From: Auanema rhodensis
Taxonomy: Eukaryota > Animalia > Nematoda
Length of the DNA: 64,000 nt
Reading direction: 5' to 3'
Assembly: GCA_964057225.1 (NCBI GenBank)
Contig: OZ059898.1
Span: forward strand, 18,414,001-18,478,000
Of this stretch, positions 26,401-41,400 are shown piece by piece. How positions within the stretch are numbered: position 1 is the first letter of the stretch; every line of letters starts with the position of its first letter. A program made the position numbers and the translations under genes. A model generated the notes under the pieces. It saw only the letters and a list, made by a program, of their open reading frames with translations. It was not told where the DNA came from and did no database searches.

Positions 26401-29400
26401 TTAGATTTTTTTTTTTCAAGGCAAAGACGATGGACAAGGTTATTCAACGAAAAAATTAATTCTTCAGGGTGAAAATCGAGGATATAAGTGTGAACTTATA
26501 TCAGTTGATATCTCGGTGCATTTTCAAGCTAGCGGAAATCTAATAACACAGATCGACGCAGCTTAAAAATCCGCATCGAATGCACTATACTAAATTGAGA
26601 AACGCTTGATACAAAAATTAGTTATGACCGTTTGAAAAATGATGCATTAGTGTATTTTGAGTTTCCATGTACACTCAACATTGCTTCCAAAAACATTTTG
26701 ACAAAAATTTTTTCGAAAAATTTCAAAATAATTTCGCAAAAAGTAGATGTTTTTAGATTTCTTTTTTCAAGGCAAAGACGATGGACAATGTTATTCAACG
26801 AAAAAATTAATTCTTCAGGGTGAAAATCGAGGATATAAGTGTGAACATATATCAGTTGATATCTCGGTGCATTTTTAAGCTAGCGCAAATCTGATAACAC
26901 AGATCGACGCAGCTTAAAAATCCGCATCGAGTGCACTATACTACATTGAGAAACGCTTGATACAAAAATTAGTTATGATCGTTTGAAAAATGATGCATTA
27001 GTGTATTTTGAGTTTCCATGTACACTCAACATTGCTTCCAAAAACATTTTGACAAAAATTTTTCCGAAAAATTTCAAAATAATTTCGCAAAAAGTAGATG
27101 TTTTTAGATTTTTTTTTCAAGGCAAAGACGATGGGCAAGGTTATTCAACGAAAAAATTAATTCTTCAGGGTGAAAATCGAGGATATAAGTGTGAACTTAT
27201 ATCAGTTGATATCTCGGTGCATTTTTAAGCAAGGGCAAATCTGATAACACAGATCGACGCAGCTTAAAAATCCGCATCGAATGCACTATACTACATTGAG
27301 AAACGCTTGATACAAAAATTAGTTATGATCGTTTGAAAAATGATGCATTAGTGTATTTTGAGTTTCCATGTACACTCAACATTGCTTCCAAAAACATTTT
27401 GACAAAAATTTTTCCGAAAAATTTCAAAATAATTTCGCAAAAAGTAGATGTTTTTAGATTTTTTTTTTCAAGGCAAAGACGATGGACAATGTTATTCAAC
27501 GAAAAAATTAATTCTTCAGGGTGAAAATCGAGGATATAAGTGTGAACTTATATCAGTTGATATCTCGGTGCATTTTTAAGCTAGCGCAAATCTGATAACA
27601 CAGATCGATGCAGCTTAAAAATCCGCATCGAATGCACTATACTACATTGAGAAACGCTTGATACAAAAATTACTTATGATCGTTTGAAAAATGATGCATT
27701 AGTGTATTTTGAGTTTCCATGTACACTCAACATTGCTTCCAAAAACATTTTGACAAAAATTTTTTCGAAAAATTTCAAAATAATTTCGCAAAAAGTAAAT
27801 GTTTTTAGATTCCTTTTTTCAAGGCAAAAACGATGGACAATGTTATTCAACGAAAAAATTAATTCTTCAGGGTGAAAATCGAGGATATAAGTGTGAACTT
27901 ATATCAGTTGATATCTCGGTGCATTTTTAAGCTAGCGCAAATCTGATAACACAGATCGATGCAGCTTAAAAATCCGCATCGAATGCACTATACTACATTG
28001 AGAAACGCTTGATACAAAAATTAGTTATGATCGTTTGAAAAATGATGCATTAGTGTATTTTGAGTTTCCATGTACACTCAACATTGCTTCCAAAAACATT
28101 TTGACAAAAATTTTTTCGAAAAATTTCAAAATAATTTCGCAAAAAGTAAATGTTTTTAGATTCTTTTTTTTAAGGCAAAAACGATGGACAATGTTATTCA
28201 ACGAAAAAATTAATTCTTCAGGGTGAAAATCGAGGATATAAGTGTGAACTTATATCAGTTGATATCTCGGTGCATTTTTAAGCTAGCGCAAATCTGATAA
28301 CACAGATCGATGCAGCTTAAAAATCCGCATCGAATGCACTATACTACATTGAGAAACGCTTGATACAAAAATTAGTTATGATCGTTTGAAAAATGATGCA
28401 TTAGTGTATTTTGAGTTTCCATGTACACTCAACATTGCTTCCAAAAACATTTTGACAAAAATTTTTCCGAAAAATTTCAAAATAATTTCGCAAAAAGTAG
28501 ATGTTTTTAGATTTTTTTTTTCAAGGCAAAGACGATGGACAATGTTATTCAACGAAAAAATTAATTCTTCAGGGTGAAAATCGAGGATATAAGTGTGAAC
28601 TTATATCAGTTGATATCTCGGTGCATTTTTAAGCTAGCGCAAATCTGATAACACAGATCGATGCAGCTTAAAAATCCGCATCGAATGCACTATACTACAT
28701 TGAGAAACGCTTGATACAAAAATTACTTATGATCGTTTGAAAAATGATGCATTAGTGTATTTTGAGTTTCCATGTACACTCAACATTGCTTCCAAAAACA
28801 TTTTGACAAAATTTTTTTCGAAAAATTTCAAAATAATTTCGCAAAAAGTAAATGTTTTTAGATTCCTTTTTTCAAGGCAAAAACGATGGACAATGTTATT
28901 CAACGAAAAAATTAATTCTTCAGGGTGAAAATCGAGGATATAAGTGTGAACTTATATCAGTTGATATCTCGGTGCATTTTTAAGCTAGCGCAAATCTGAT
29001 AACACAGATCGATGCAGCTTAAAAATCCGCATCGAATGCACTATACTACATTGAGAAACGCTTGATACAAAAATTAGTTATGATCGTTTGAAAAATGATG
29101 CATTAGTGTATTTTGAGTTTCCATGTACACTCAACATTGCTTCCAAAAACATTTTGACAAAAATTTTTTCGAAAAATTTCAAAATAATTTCGCAAAAAGT
29201 AAATGTTTTTAGATTCTTTTTTTTAAGGCAAAAACGATGGACAATGTTATTCAACGAAAAAATTAATTCTTCAGGGTGAAAATCGAGGATATAAGTGTGA
29301 ACTTATATCAGTTGATATCTCGGTGCATTTTTAAGCTAGCGCAAATCTGATAACACAGATCGATGCAGCTTAAAAATCCGCATCGAATGCACTATACTAC

Positions 29401-29438
29401 ATTGAGAAACGCTTGATACAAAAATTAGTTATGATCGT
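23473..29438 (+). repeat. SatA 4-mer (1404-bp) and 3-mer (1053-bp) local duplications
   Basis: The pairs 23824/25228 (aatgaggcat) and 24175/25579 (gtttacatg) are 1404 apart. The pairs 27333/28386, 27684/28737 (aattactta) and 28035/29088 are 1053 apart. Confidence 0.8.
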
Positions 29439-32400
29439 TTGAAAAATGATGCATTAGTGTATTTTGAGTTTCCATGTACACTCAACATTGCTTCCAAAAA
29501 CATTTTGACAAAAATTTTTTCGAAAAATTTCAAAATAATTTCGCAAAAAGTAAATGTTTTTAGATTCTTTTTTTTAAGGCAAAAACGATGGACAATGTTA
29601 TTCAACGAAAAAATTAATTCTTCAGGGTGAAAATCGAGGATATAAGTGTGAACTTATATCAGTTGATATCTCGGTGCATTTTTAAGCTAGCGCAAATCTG
29701 ATAACACAGATCGACGCAGCTTAAAAATCCGCATCGAATGCACTATACTACATTGAGAAACGCTTGATACAAAAGTTACTTATGATCGTTTGAAAAATGA
29801 TGCATTAGTGTATTTTGAGTTTCCATGTACACTCAACATTGCTTCGAAAAACATTTTGACAAAAATTTTTTCGAAAAATTTCAAAATAATTTCGCAAAAA
29901 GTAAATGTTTTTAGATTCCTTTTTTCAAGGCAAAAACGATGGACAATGTTATTCAACGAAAAAATTAATTCTTCAGGGTGAAAATCGAGGATATAAGTGT
30001 GAACTTATATCAGTTGATATCTCGGTGCATTTTTAAGCTAGCGCAAATCTGATAACACAGATCGATGCAGCTTAAAAATCCGCATCGAATGCACTATACT
30101 ACATTGAGAAACGCTTGATACAAAAATTAGTTATGATCGTTTGAAAAATGATGCATTAGTGTATTTTGAGTTTCCATGTACACTCAACATTGCTTCCAAA
30201 AACATTTTGACAAAAATTTTTTCGAAAAATTTCAAAATAATTTCGCAAAAAGTAAATGTTTTTAGATTCTTTTTTTTAAGGCAAAAACGATGGACAATGT
30301 TATTCAACGAAAAAATTAATTCTTCAGGGTGAAAATCGAGGATATAAGTGTGAACTTATATCAGTTGATATCTCGGTGCATTTTTAAGCTAGCGCAAATC
30401 TGATAACACAGATCGACGCAGCTTAAAAATCCGCATCGAATGCACTATACTACATTGAGAAACGCTTGATACAAAAATTAGTTATGATCGTTTGGAAAAT
30501 GATGCATTAGTGTATTTTGAGTTTCCATGTACACTCAACATTGCTTCCAAAAACATTTTGACAAAAATTTTTTCGAAAAATTTCAAAATAATTTCGCAAA
30601 AAGTAAATGTTTTTAGATTCTTTTTTTCAAGGCAAAAACGATGGACAATGTTATTCAACGAAAAAATTAATTCTTCAGGGTGAAAATCGAGGATATAAGT
30701 GTGAACTTATATCAGTTGATATCTCGGTGCATTTTTAAGCTAGCGCAAATCTAATAACACAGATCGACGCAGCTTAAAAATCCGCATCGAATGCACTATA
30801 CTACATTGAGAAAAGCTTAATACAAAAATTAGTTATGATCGTTTGAAAAATGATGCATTAGTGTATTTTGAGTTTCCATGTACTTTCAGCATTGCTTCCA
30901 AAAACATTTTGACAAAAATTTTTTCGAAAAATTTCAAAATAATTTCGCAAAAAGTAGATGTTTTTAGATTTTTTTTTTCAAGGCAAAGACGATGAACAAT
31001 GTTATTCAACGAAAAAATTAATTCTTCAGGGTGAAAATCGAGGATATAAGTGTGAACTTATATCAGTTGATATCTCGGTGCATTTTTAAGCTAGCGCAAA
31101 TCTGATAACACAGATCGACGCAGCTTAAAAATCCGCATCGAATGCACTATACTACATTGAGAAACGCTTGATACAAAAATTAGTTATGATCGTTTGAAAA
31201 ATGATGCATTAGTGTTTTTTGAGTTTCCATGTACACTCAACATTGCTTCCAAAAACATTTTGACAAAAATTTTTTCGAAAAATTTCAAAATAATTTCGCA
31301 AAAAGTAGATGTTTTTAGATTTTTTTTTCAAGGCAAAGACGATGGACAATGTTATTCAACGAAAAAATTAATTCTTCAGGGTGAAAATCGAGGATATAAG
31401 TGTGAACTTATATCAGTTGATATCTCGGTGCATTTTTAAGCTAGCGCAAATCTAATAACACAGATCGACGCAGCTTAAAAATCCGCATCGAATGCACTAT
31501 ACTACATTGAGAAAAGCTTAATACAAAAATTAGTTATGATCGTTTGAAAAATGATGCATTAGTGTATTTTGAGTTTCCATGTACTTTCAGCATTGCTTCC
31601 AAAAACATTTTGACAAAAATTTTTTCGAAAAATTTCAAAATAATTTCGCAAAAAGTAGATGTTTTTAGATTTTTTTTTTCAAGGCAAAGACGATGAACAA
31701 TGTTATTCAACGAAAAAATTAATTCTTCAGGGTGAAAATCGAGGATATAAGTGTGAACTTATATCAGTTGATATCTCGGTGCATTTTTAAGCTAGCGCAA
31801 ATCTGATAACACAGATCGACGCAGCTTAAAAATCCGCATCGAATGCACTATACTACATTGAGAAACGCTTGATACAAAAATTAGTTATGATCGTTTGGAA
31901 AATGATGCATTAGTGTATTTTGAGTTTCCATGTACACTCAACATTGCTTCCAAAAACATTTTGACAAAAATTTTTTCGAAAAATTTCAAAATAATTTCGC
32001 AAAAAGTAAATGTTTTTAGATTTTTTTTTTCAAGGCAAAGACGATGAACAATGTTATTCAACGAAAAAATTAATTCTTCAGGGTGAAAATCGAGGATATA
32101 AGTGTGAACTTATATCAGTTGATATCTCGGTGCATTTTTAAGCTAGCGCAAATCTGATAACACAGATCGACGCAGCTTAAAAATCCGCATCGAATGCACT
32201 ATACTACATTGAGAAACGCTTGATACAAAAATTAGTTATGATCGTTTGGAAAATGATGCATTAGTGTATTTTGAGTTTCCATGTACACTCAACATTGCTT
32301 CCAAAAACATTTTGACAAAAATTTTTTCGAAAAATTTCAAAATAATTTCGCAAAAAGTAAATGTTTTTAGATTCTTTTTTTTAAGGCAAAAACGATGGAC

Positions 32401-35400
32401 AATGTTATTCAACGAAAAAATTAATTCTTCAGGGTGAAAATCGAGGATATAGGTGTGAGCTTATATCAGTTGATATCTCGGTGCATTTTTAAGCTAGCGC
32501 AAATCTGATAACACAGATCGACGCAGCTTAAAAATCCGCATCGAATGCACTATACTACATTGAGAAACGCTTGATACAAAAATTAGTTATGATCGTTTGA
32601 AAAATGATGCATTAGTGTATTTTGAGTTTCCATGTACTTTCAGCATTGCTTCCAAAAACATTTTGACAAAAATTTTTTCGAAAAATTTCAAAATAATTTC
32701 GCAAAAAGTAGATGTTTTTAGATTTTTTTTTTCAAGGCAAAGACGATGAACAATGTTATTCAACGAAAAAATTAATTCTTCAGGGTGAAAATCGAGGATA
32801 TAAGTGTGAACTTATATCAGTTGATATCTCGGTGCATTTTTAAGCTAGCGCAAATCTGATAACACAGATCGACGCAGCTTAAAAATCCGCATCGAATGCA
32901 CTATACTACATTGAGAAACGCTTGATACAAAAATTAGTTATGATCGTTTGGAAAATGATGCATTAGTGTATTTTGAGTTTCCATGTACACTCAACATTGC
33001 TTCCAAAAACATTTTGACAAAAATTTTTTCGAAAAATTTCAAAATAATTTCGCAAAAAGTAGATGTTTTTAGATTTTTTTTTCAAGGCAAAGACGATGAA
33101 CAATGTTATTCAACGAAAAAATTAATTCTTCAGGGTGAAAATCGAGGATATAAGTGTGAACTTATATCAGTTGATATCTCGGTGCATTTTTAAGCTAGCG
33201 CAAATCTGATAACACAGATCGACGCAGCTTAAAAATCCGCATCGAATGCACTATACTACATTGAGAAACGCTTGATACAAAAATTAGTTATGATCGTTTG
33301 GAAAATGATGCATTAGTGTATTTTGAGTTTCCATGTACACTCAACATTGCTTCCAAAAACATTTTGACAAAAATTTTTTCGAAAAATTTCAAAATAATTT
33401 CGCAAAAAGTAGATGTTTTTAGATTTTTTTTTTCAAGGCAAAGACGATGAACAATGTTATTCAACGAAAAAATTAATTCTTCAGGGTGAAAATCGAGGAT
33501 ATAAGTGTGAACTTATATCAGTTGATATCTCGGTGCATTTTTAAGCTAGCGCAAATCTGATAACACAGATCGACGCAGCTTAAAAATCCGCATCGAATGC
33601 ACTATACTACATTGAGAAACGCTTGATACAAAAATTAGTTATGATCGTTTGGAAAATGATGCATTAGTGTATTTTGAGTTTCCATGTACACTCAACATTG
33701 CTTCCAAAAACATTTTGACAAAAATTTTTTCGAAAAATTTCAAAATAATTTCGCAAAAAGTAGATGTTTTTAGATTTTTTTTTTCAAGGCAAAGACGATG
33801 GACAATGTTATTCAACGAAAAAATTAATTCTTCAGGGTGAAAATCGAGGATATAAGTGTGAACTTATATCAGTTGATATCTCGGTGCATTTTTAAGCTAG
33901 CGCAAATCTAATAACACAGATCGACGCAGCTTAAAAATCCGCATCGAATGCACTATACTACATTGAGAAGAGCTTGATACAAAAATTAGTTATGATCGTT
34001 TGAAAAATGATGCATTAGTGTATTTTGAGTTTCCATGTACTTTCAGCATTGCTTCCAAAAACATTTTGACAAAAATTTTTTCGAAAAATTTCAAAATAAT
34101 TTCGCAAAAAGTAGATGTTTTTAGATTTTTTTTTCAAGGCAAAGACGATGAACAATGTTATTCAACGAAAAAATTAATTCTTCAGGGTGAAAATCGAGGA
34201 TATAAGTGTGAACTTATATCAGTTGATATCTCGGTGCATTTTTAAGCTAGCGCAAATCTGATAACACAGATCGACGCAGCTTAAAAATCCGCATCGAATG
34301 CACTATACTACATTGAGAAACGCTTGATACAAAAATTAGTTATGATCGTTTGAAAAATGATGCATTAGTGTATTTTGAGTTTCCATGTACTTTCAGCATT
34401 GCTTCCAAAAACATTTTGACAAAAATTTTTTCGAAAAATTTCAAAATAATTTCGCAAAAAGTAGATGTTTTTAGATTTTTTTTTTCAAGGCAAAGACGAT
34501 GAACAATGTTATTCAACGAAAAAATTAATTCTTCAGGGTGAAAATCGAGGATATAAGTGTGAACTTATATCAGTTGATATCTCGGTGCATTTTTAAGCTA
34601 GCGCAAATCTGATAACACAGATCGACGCAGCTTAAAAATCCGCATCGAATGCACTATACTACATTGAGAAACGCTTGATACAAAAATTAGTTATGATCGT
34701 TTGGAAAATGATGCATTAGTGTATTTTGAGTTTCCATGTATACTCAACATTGCTTCCAAAAACATTTTGACAAAAATTTTTTCGAAAAATTTCAAAATAA
34801 TTTCGCAAAAAGTAGATGTTTTTAGATTTTTTTTTTCAAGGCAAAGACGATGAACAATGTTATTCAACGAAAAAATTAATTCTTCAGGGTGAAAATCGAG
34901 GATATAAGTGTGAACTTATATCAGTTGATATCTCGGTGCATTTTTAAGCTAGCGCAAATCTGATAACACAGATCGACGCAGCTTAAAAATCCGCATCGAA
35001 TGCACTATACTACATTGAGAAACGCTTGATACAAAAATTAGTTATGATCGTTTGGAAAATGATGCATTAGTGTATTTTGAGTTTCCATGTACACTCAACA
35101 TTGCTTCCAAAAACATTTTGACAAAAATTTTTTCGAAAAATTTCAAAAAAATTTCGCAAAAAGTAGATGTTTTTAGATTTTTTTTTTCAAGGCAAAGACG
35201 ATGAACAATGTTATTCAACGAAAAAATTAATTCTTCAGGGTGAAAATCGAGGATATAAGTGTGAACTTATATCAGTTGATATCTCGGTGCATTTTTAAGC
35301 TAGCGCAAATCTAATAACACAGATCGACGCAGCTTAAAAATCCGCATCGAATGCACTATACTACATTGAGAAGAGCTTAATACAAAAATTAGTTATGATC

Positions 35401-38400
35401 GTTTGAAAAATGATGCATTAGTGTATTTTGAGTTTCCATGTACTTTCAGCATTGCTTCCAAAAACATTTTGACAAAAATTTTTTCGAAAAATTTCAAAAT
35501 AATTTCGCAAAAAGTAGATGTTTTTAGATTTTTTTTTTCAAGGCAAAGACGATGAACAATGTTATTCAACGAAAAAATTATTTCTTCAGGGTGAAAATCG
35601 AGGATATAAGTGTGAACTTATATCAGTTGATATCTCGGTGCATTTTTAAGCTAGCGCAAATCTGATAACACAGATCGACGCAGCTTAAAAATCCGCATCG
35701 AATGCACTATACTACATTGAGAAACGCTTGATACAAAAATTAGTTATGATCGTTTGGAAAATGATGCATTAGTGTATTTTGAGTTTCCATGTACACTCAA
35801 CATTGCTTCCAAAAACATTTTGACAAAAATTTTTTCGAAAAATTTCAAAATAATTTCGCAAAAAGTAAATGTTTTTAGATTCTTTTTTTTAAGGCAAAAA
35901 CGATGGACAATGTTATTCAACGAAAAAATTAATTCTTCAGGGTGAAAATCGAGGATATAAGTGTGAACTTATATCAGTTGATATCTCGGTGCATTTTTAA
36001 GCTAGCGCAAATCTAATAACACAGATCGACGCAGCTTAAAAATCCGCATCGAATGCACTATACTACATTGAGAAGAGCTTAATACAAAAATTAGTTATGA
36101 TCGTTTGAAAAATGATGCATTAGTGTATTTTGAGTTTCCATGTACTTTCAGCATTGCTTCCAAAAACATTTTGACAAAAATTTTTTCGAAAAATTTCAAA
36201 ATAATTTCGCAAAAAGTAGATGTTTTTAGATTTTTTTTTTCAAGGCAAAGACGATGAACAATGTTATTCAACGAAAAAATTAATTCTTCAGGGTGAAAAT
36301 CGAGGATATAAGTGTGAGCTTATATCAGTTGATATCTCGGTGCATTTTTAAGCTAGCGCAAATCTGATAACACAGATCGACGCAGCTTAAAAATCCGCAT
36401 CGAATGCACTATACTACATTGAGAAACGCTTGATATAAAAATTAGTTATGATCGTTTGAAAAATGATGCGTTAGTGTTTTTTGAGTTTCCATGTACACTC
36501 AACATTGCTTCCAAAAACATTTTGACAAAAATTTTTTCGAAAAATTTCAAAATAATTTCGCAAAAAGTAGATGTTTTTAGATTTTTTTTTTCAAGGCAAA
36601 GACGATGGACAATGTTATTCAACGAAAAAATTAATTCTTCAGGGTGAAAATCGAGGATATAAGTGTGAACTTATATCAGTTGATATCTCGGTGCATTTTT
36701 AAGCTAGCGCAAATCTAATAACACAGATCGACGCATCTTAAAAATCCGCATCGAATGCACTATACTACATTGAGAAGAGCTTAATACAAAAATTAGTTAT
36801 GATCGTTTGAAAAATGATGCATTAGTGTATTTTGAGTTTCCATGTACTTTCAGCATTGCTTCCAAAAACATTTTGACAAAAATTTTTTCGAAAAATTTCA
36901 AAATAATTTCGCAAAAAGTAGATGTTTTTAGATTTTTTTTTTCAAGGCAAAGACGATGAACAATGTTATTCAACGAAAAAATTAATTCTTCAGGGTGAAA
37001 ATCGAGGATATAAGTGTGAACTTATATCAGTTGATATCTCGGTGCATTTTTAAGCTAGCGCAAATCTGATAACACAGATCGACGCAGCTTAAAAATCCGC
37101 ATCGAATGCACTATACTACATTGAGAAACGCTTGATACAAAAATTAGTTATGATCGTTTGGAAAATGATGCATTAGTGTATTTTGAGTTTCCATGTACAC
37201 TCAACATTGCTTCCAAAAACATTTTGACAAAAATTTTTTCGAAAAATTTCAAAATAATTTCGCAAAAAGTAAATGTTTTTAGATTCTTTTTTTTAAGGCA
37301 AAAACGATGGACAATGTTATTCAACGAAAAAATTAATTCTTCAGGGTGAAAATCGAGGATATAAGTGTGAGCTTATATCAGTTGATATCTCGGTGCATTT
37401 TTAAGCTAGCGCAAATCTGATAACACAGATCGACGCAGCTTAAAAATCCGCATCGAATGCACTATACTACATTGAGAAACGCTTGATACAAAAATTAGTT
37501 ATGATCGTTTGGAAAATGATGCATTAGTGTATTTTGAGTTTCCATGTACACTCAACATTGCTTCCAAAAACATTTTGACAAAAATTTTTTCGAAAAATTT
37601 CAAAATAATTTCGCAAAAAGTAGATGTTTTTAGATTTTTTTTTTCAAGGCAAAGACGATGAACAATGTTATTCAACGAAAAAATTAATTCTTCAGGGTGA
37701 AAATCGAGGATATAAGTGTGAACTTATATCAGTTGATATCTCGGTGCATTTTTAAGCTAGCGCAAATCTAATAACACAGATCGACGCAGCTTAAAAATCC
37801 GCATCGAATGCACTATACTACATTGAAAAGAGCTTAATACAAAAATTAGTTATGATCGTTTGAAAAATGATGCATTAGTGTATTTTGAGTTTCCATGTAC
37901 TTTCAGCATTGCTTCCAAAAACATTTTGACAAAAATTTTTTCGAAAAATTTCAAAATAATTTCGCAAAAAGTAGATGTTTTTAGATTTTTTTTTTCAAGG
38001 CAAAGACGATGAACAATGTTATTCAACGAAAAAATTAATTCTTCAGGGTGAAAATCGAGGATATAAGTGTGAACTTATATCAGTTGATATCTCGGTGCAT
38101 TTTTAAGCTAGCGCAAATCTGATAACACAGATCGACGCAGCTTAAAAATCCGCATCGAATGCACTATACTACATTGAGAAACGCTTGATACAAAAATTAG
38201 TTATGATCGTTTGGAAAATGATGCATTAGTGTATTTTGAGTTTCCATGTACACTCAACATTGCTTCCAAAAACATTTTGACAAAAATGTTTTCGAAAAAT
38301 TTCAAAATAATTTCGCAAAAAGTAAATGTTTTTAGATTCTTTTTTTTAAGGCAAAAACGATGGACAATGTTATTCAACGAAAAAATTAATTCTTCAGGGT

Positions 38401-41400
38401 GAAAATCGAGGATATAGGTGTGAGCTTATATCAGTTGATATCTCGGTGCATTTTTAAGCTAGCGCAAATCTGATAACACAGATCGACGCAGCTTAAAAAT
38501 CCGCATCGAATGCACTATACTACATTGAGAAACGCTTGATACAAAAATTAGTTATGATCGTTTGAAAAATGATGCATTAGTGTATTTTGAGTTTCCATGT
38601 ACTTTCAGCATTGCTTCCAAAAACATTTTGACAAAAATTTTTTCGAAAAATTTCAAAATAATTTCGCAAAAAGTAGATGTTTTTAGATTTTTTTTTTCAA
38701 GGCAAAGACGATGAACAATGTTATTCAACGAAAAAATTAATTCTTCAGGGTGAAAATCGAGGATATAAGTGTGAACTTATATCAGTTGATATCTCGGTGC
38801 ATTTTTAAGCTAGCGCAAATCTGATAACACAGATCGACGCAGCTTAAAAATCCGCATCGAATGCACTATACTACATTGAGAAACGCTTGATACAAAAATT
38901 AGTTATGATCGTTTGGAAAATGATGCATTAGTGTATTTTGAGTTTCCATGTACACTCAACATTGCTTCCAAAAACATTTTGACAAAAATTTTTTCGAAAA
39001 ATTTCAAAATAATTTCGCAAAAAGTAGATGTTTTTAGATTTTTTTTTTCAAGGCAAAGACGATGAACAATGTTATTCAACGAAAAAATTAATTCTTCAGG
39101 GTGAAAATCGAGGATATAAGTGTGAACTTATGTCAGTTGATATCTCGGTGCATTTTTAAGCTAGCGCAAATCTAATAACACAGATCGACGCAGCTTAAAA
39201 ATCCGCATCGAATGCACTATACTACATTGAGAAGAGCTTAATACAAAAATTAGTTATGATCGTTTGAAAAATGATGCATTAGTGTATTTTGAGTTTCCAT
39301 GTACTTTCAGCATTGCTTCCAAAAACATTTTGACAAAAATTTTTTCGAAAAATTTCAAAATAATTTCGCAAAAAGTAGATGTTTTTAGATTTTTTTTTTC
39401 AAGGCAAAGACGATGAACAATGTTATTCAACGAAAAAATTAATTCTTCAGGGTGAAAATCGAGGATATAAGTGTGAACTTATATCAGTTGATATCTCGGT
39501 GCATTTTTAAGCTAGCGCAAATCTGATAACACAGATCGACGCAGCTTAAAAATCCGCATCGAATGCACTATACTACATTGAGAAACGCTTGATACAAAAA
39601 TTAGTTATGATCGTTTGGAAAATGATGCATTAGTGTATTTTGAGTTTCCATGTACACTCAACATTGCTTCCAAAAACATTTTGACAAAAATTTTTTCGAA
39701 AAATTTCAAAATAATTTCGCAAAAAGTAAATGTTTTTAGATTCTTTTTTTTAAGGCAAAAACGATGGACAATGTTATTCAACGAAAAAATTAATTCTTCA
39801 GGGTGAAAATCGAGGATATAAGTGTGAGCTTATATCAGTTGATATCTCGGTGCATTTTTAAGCTAGCGCAAATCTGATAACACAGATCGACGCAGCTTAA
39901 AAATCCGCATCGAATGCACTATACTACATTGAGAAACGCTTGATATAAAAATTAGTTATGATCGTTTGAAAAATGATGCATTAGTGTTTTTTGAGTTTCC
40001 ATGTACACTCAACATTGCTTCCAAAAACATTTTGACAAAAATTTTTTCGAAAAATTTCAAAATAATTTCGCAAAAAGTATATGTTTTTAGATTTTTTTTT
40101 TCAAGGCAAAGACGATGGACAATGTTATTCAACGAAAAAATTAATTCTTCAGGGTGAAAATCGAGGATATAAGTGTGAACTTATATCAGTTGATATCTCG
40201 GTGCATTTTCAAGCTAGCGCAAATCTAATAACACAGATCGACGCAGCTTAGAAATCCGCATCGAATGCACTATACTACATTGAGAAACGCTTGATACAAA
40301 AATTAGTTATGATCGTTTGAAAAATGATGCATTAGTGTTTTTTGAGTTTCCATGTACACTCAACATTGCTTCCAAAAACATTTTGACAAAAATTTTTTCG
40401 AAAAATTTCAAAATAATTTCGCAAAAAGTAGATGTTTTTAGATTTTTTTTTTCAAGGCAAAGACGATGGACAATGTTATTCAACGAAAAAAAATTAATTC
40501 TTCAGGGTGAAAATCGAGGATATAAGTGTGAACTTATATCAGTTGATATCTCGGTGCATTTTTAAGCTAGCGCAAATCTAATAACACAGATCGACGCAGC
40601 TTAAAAATCCGCATCGAATGCACTATACTACATTGAGAAAAGCTTAATACAAAAATTAGTTATGATCGTTTGAAAAATGATGCATTAGTGTATTTTGAGT
40701 TTCCATGTACACTCAACATTTCTTCCAAAAACATTTTGACAAAAATTTTTTCGAAAAATTTCAAAATAATTTCGCAAAAAGTAGATGTTTTTAGATTTTT
40801 TTTTTCAAGGCAAAGACGATGAACAATGTTATTCAACGAAAAAATTAATTCTTCAGGGTGAAAATCGAGGATATAAGTGTGAACTTATATCAGTTGATAT
40901 CTCGGTGCATTTTTAAGCTAGCGCAAATCTGATAACACAGATCGACGCAGCTTAAAAATCCGCATCGAATGCACTATACTACATTGAGAAACGCTTGATA
41001 TAAAAATTAGTTATGATCGTTTGAAAAATGATGCATTAGTGTATTTTGAGTTTCCATGTACTTTCAGCATTGCTTCCAAAAACATTTTGACAAAAATTTT
41101 TTCGAAAAATTTCAAAATAATTTCGCAAAAAGTAGATGTTTTTAGATTTTTTTTTTCAAGGCAAAGACGATGGACAATGTTATTCAACGAAAAAATTAAT
41201 TCTTCAGGGTGAAAATCGAGGATATAAGTGTGAACTTATATCAGTTGATATCTCGGTGCATTTTTAAGCTAGCGCAAATCTAATAACACAGATCGACGCA
41301 GCTTAAAAATCCGCATCGAATGCACTATACTACATTGAGAAAAGCTTAATACAAAAATTAGTTATGATCGTTTGAAAAATGATGCATTAGTGTATTTTGA

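Noticed and set aside
26400-40500. Length variation in the T-run after ttaga and in the A-run near 40486
   Set aside because: Homopolymer slippage or sequencing error explains it, so I did not use it as a marker.
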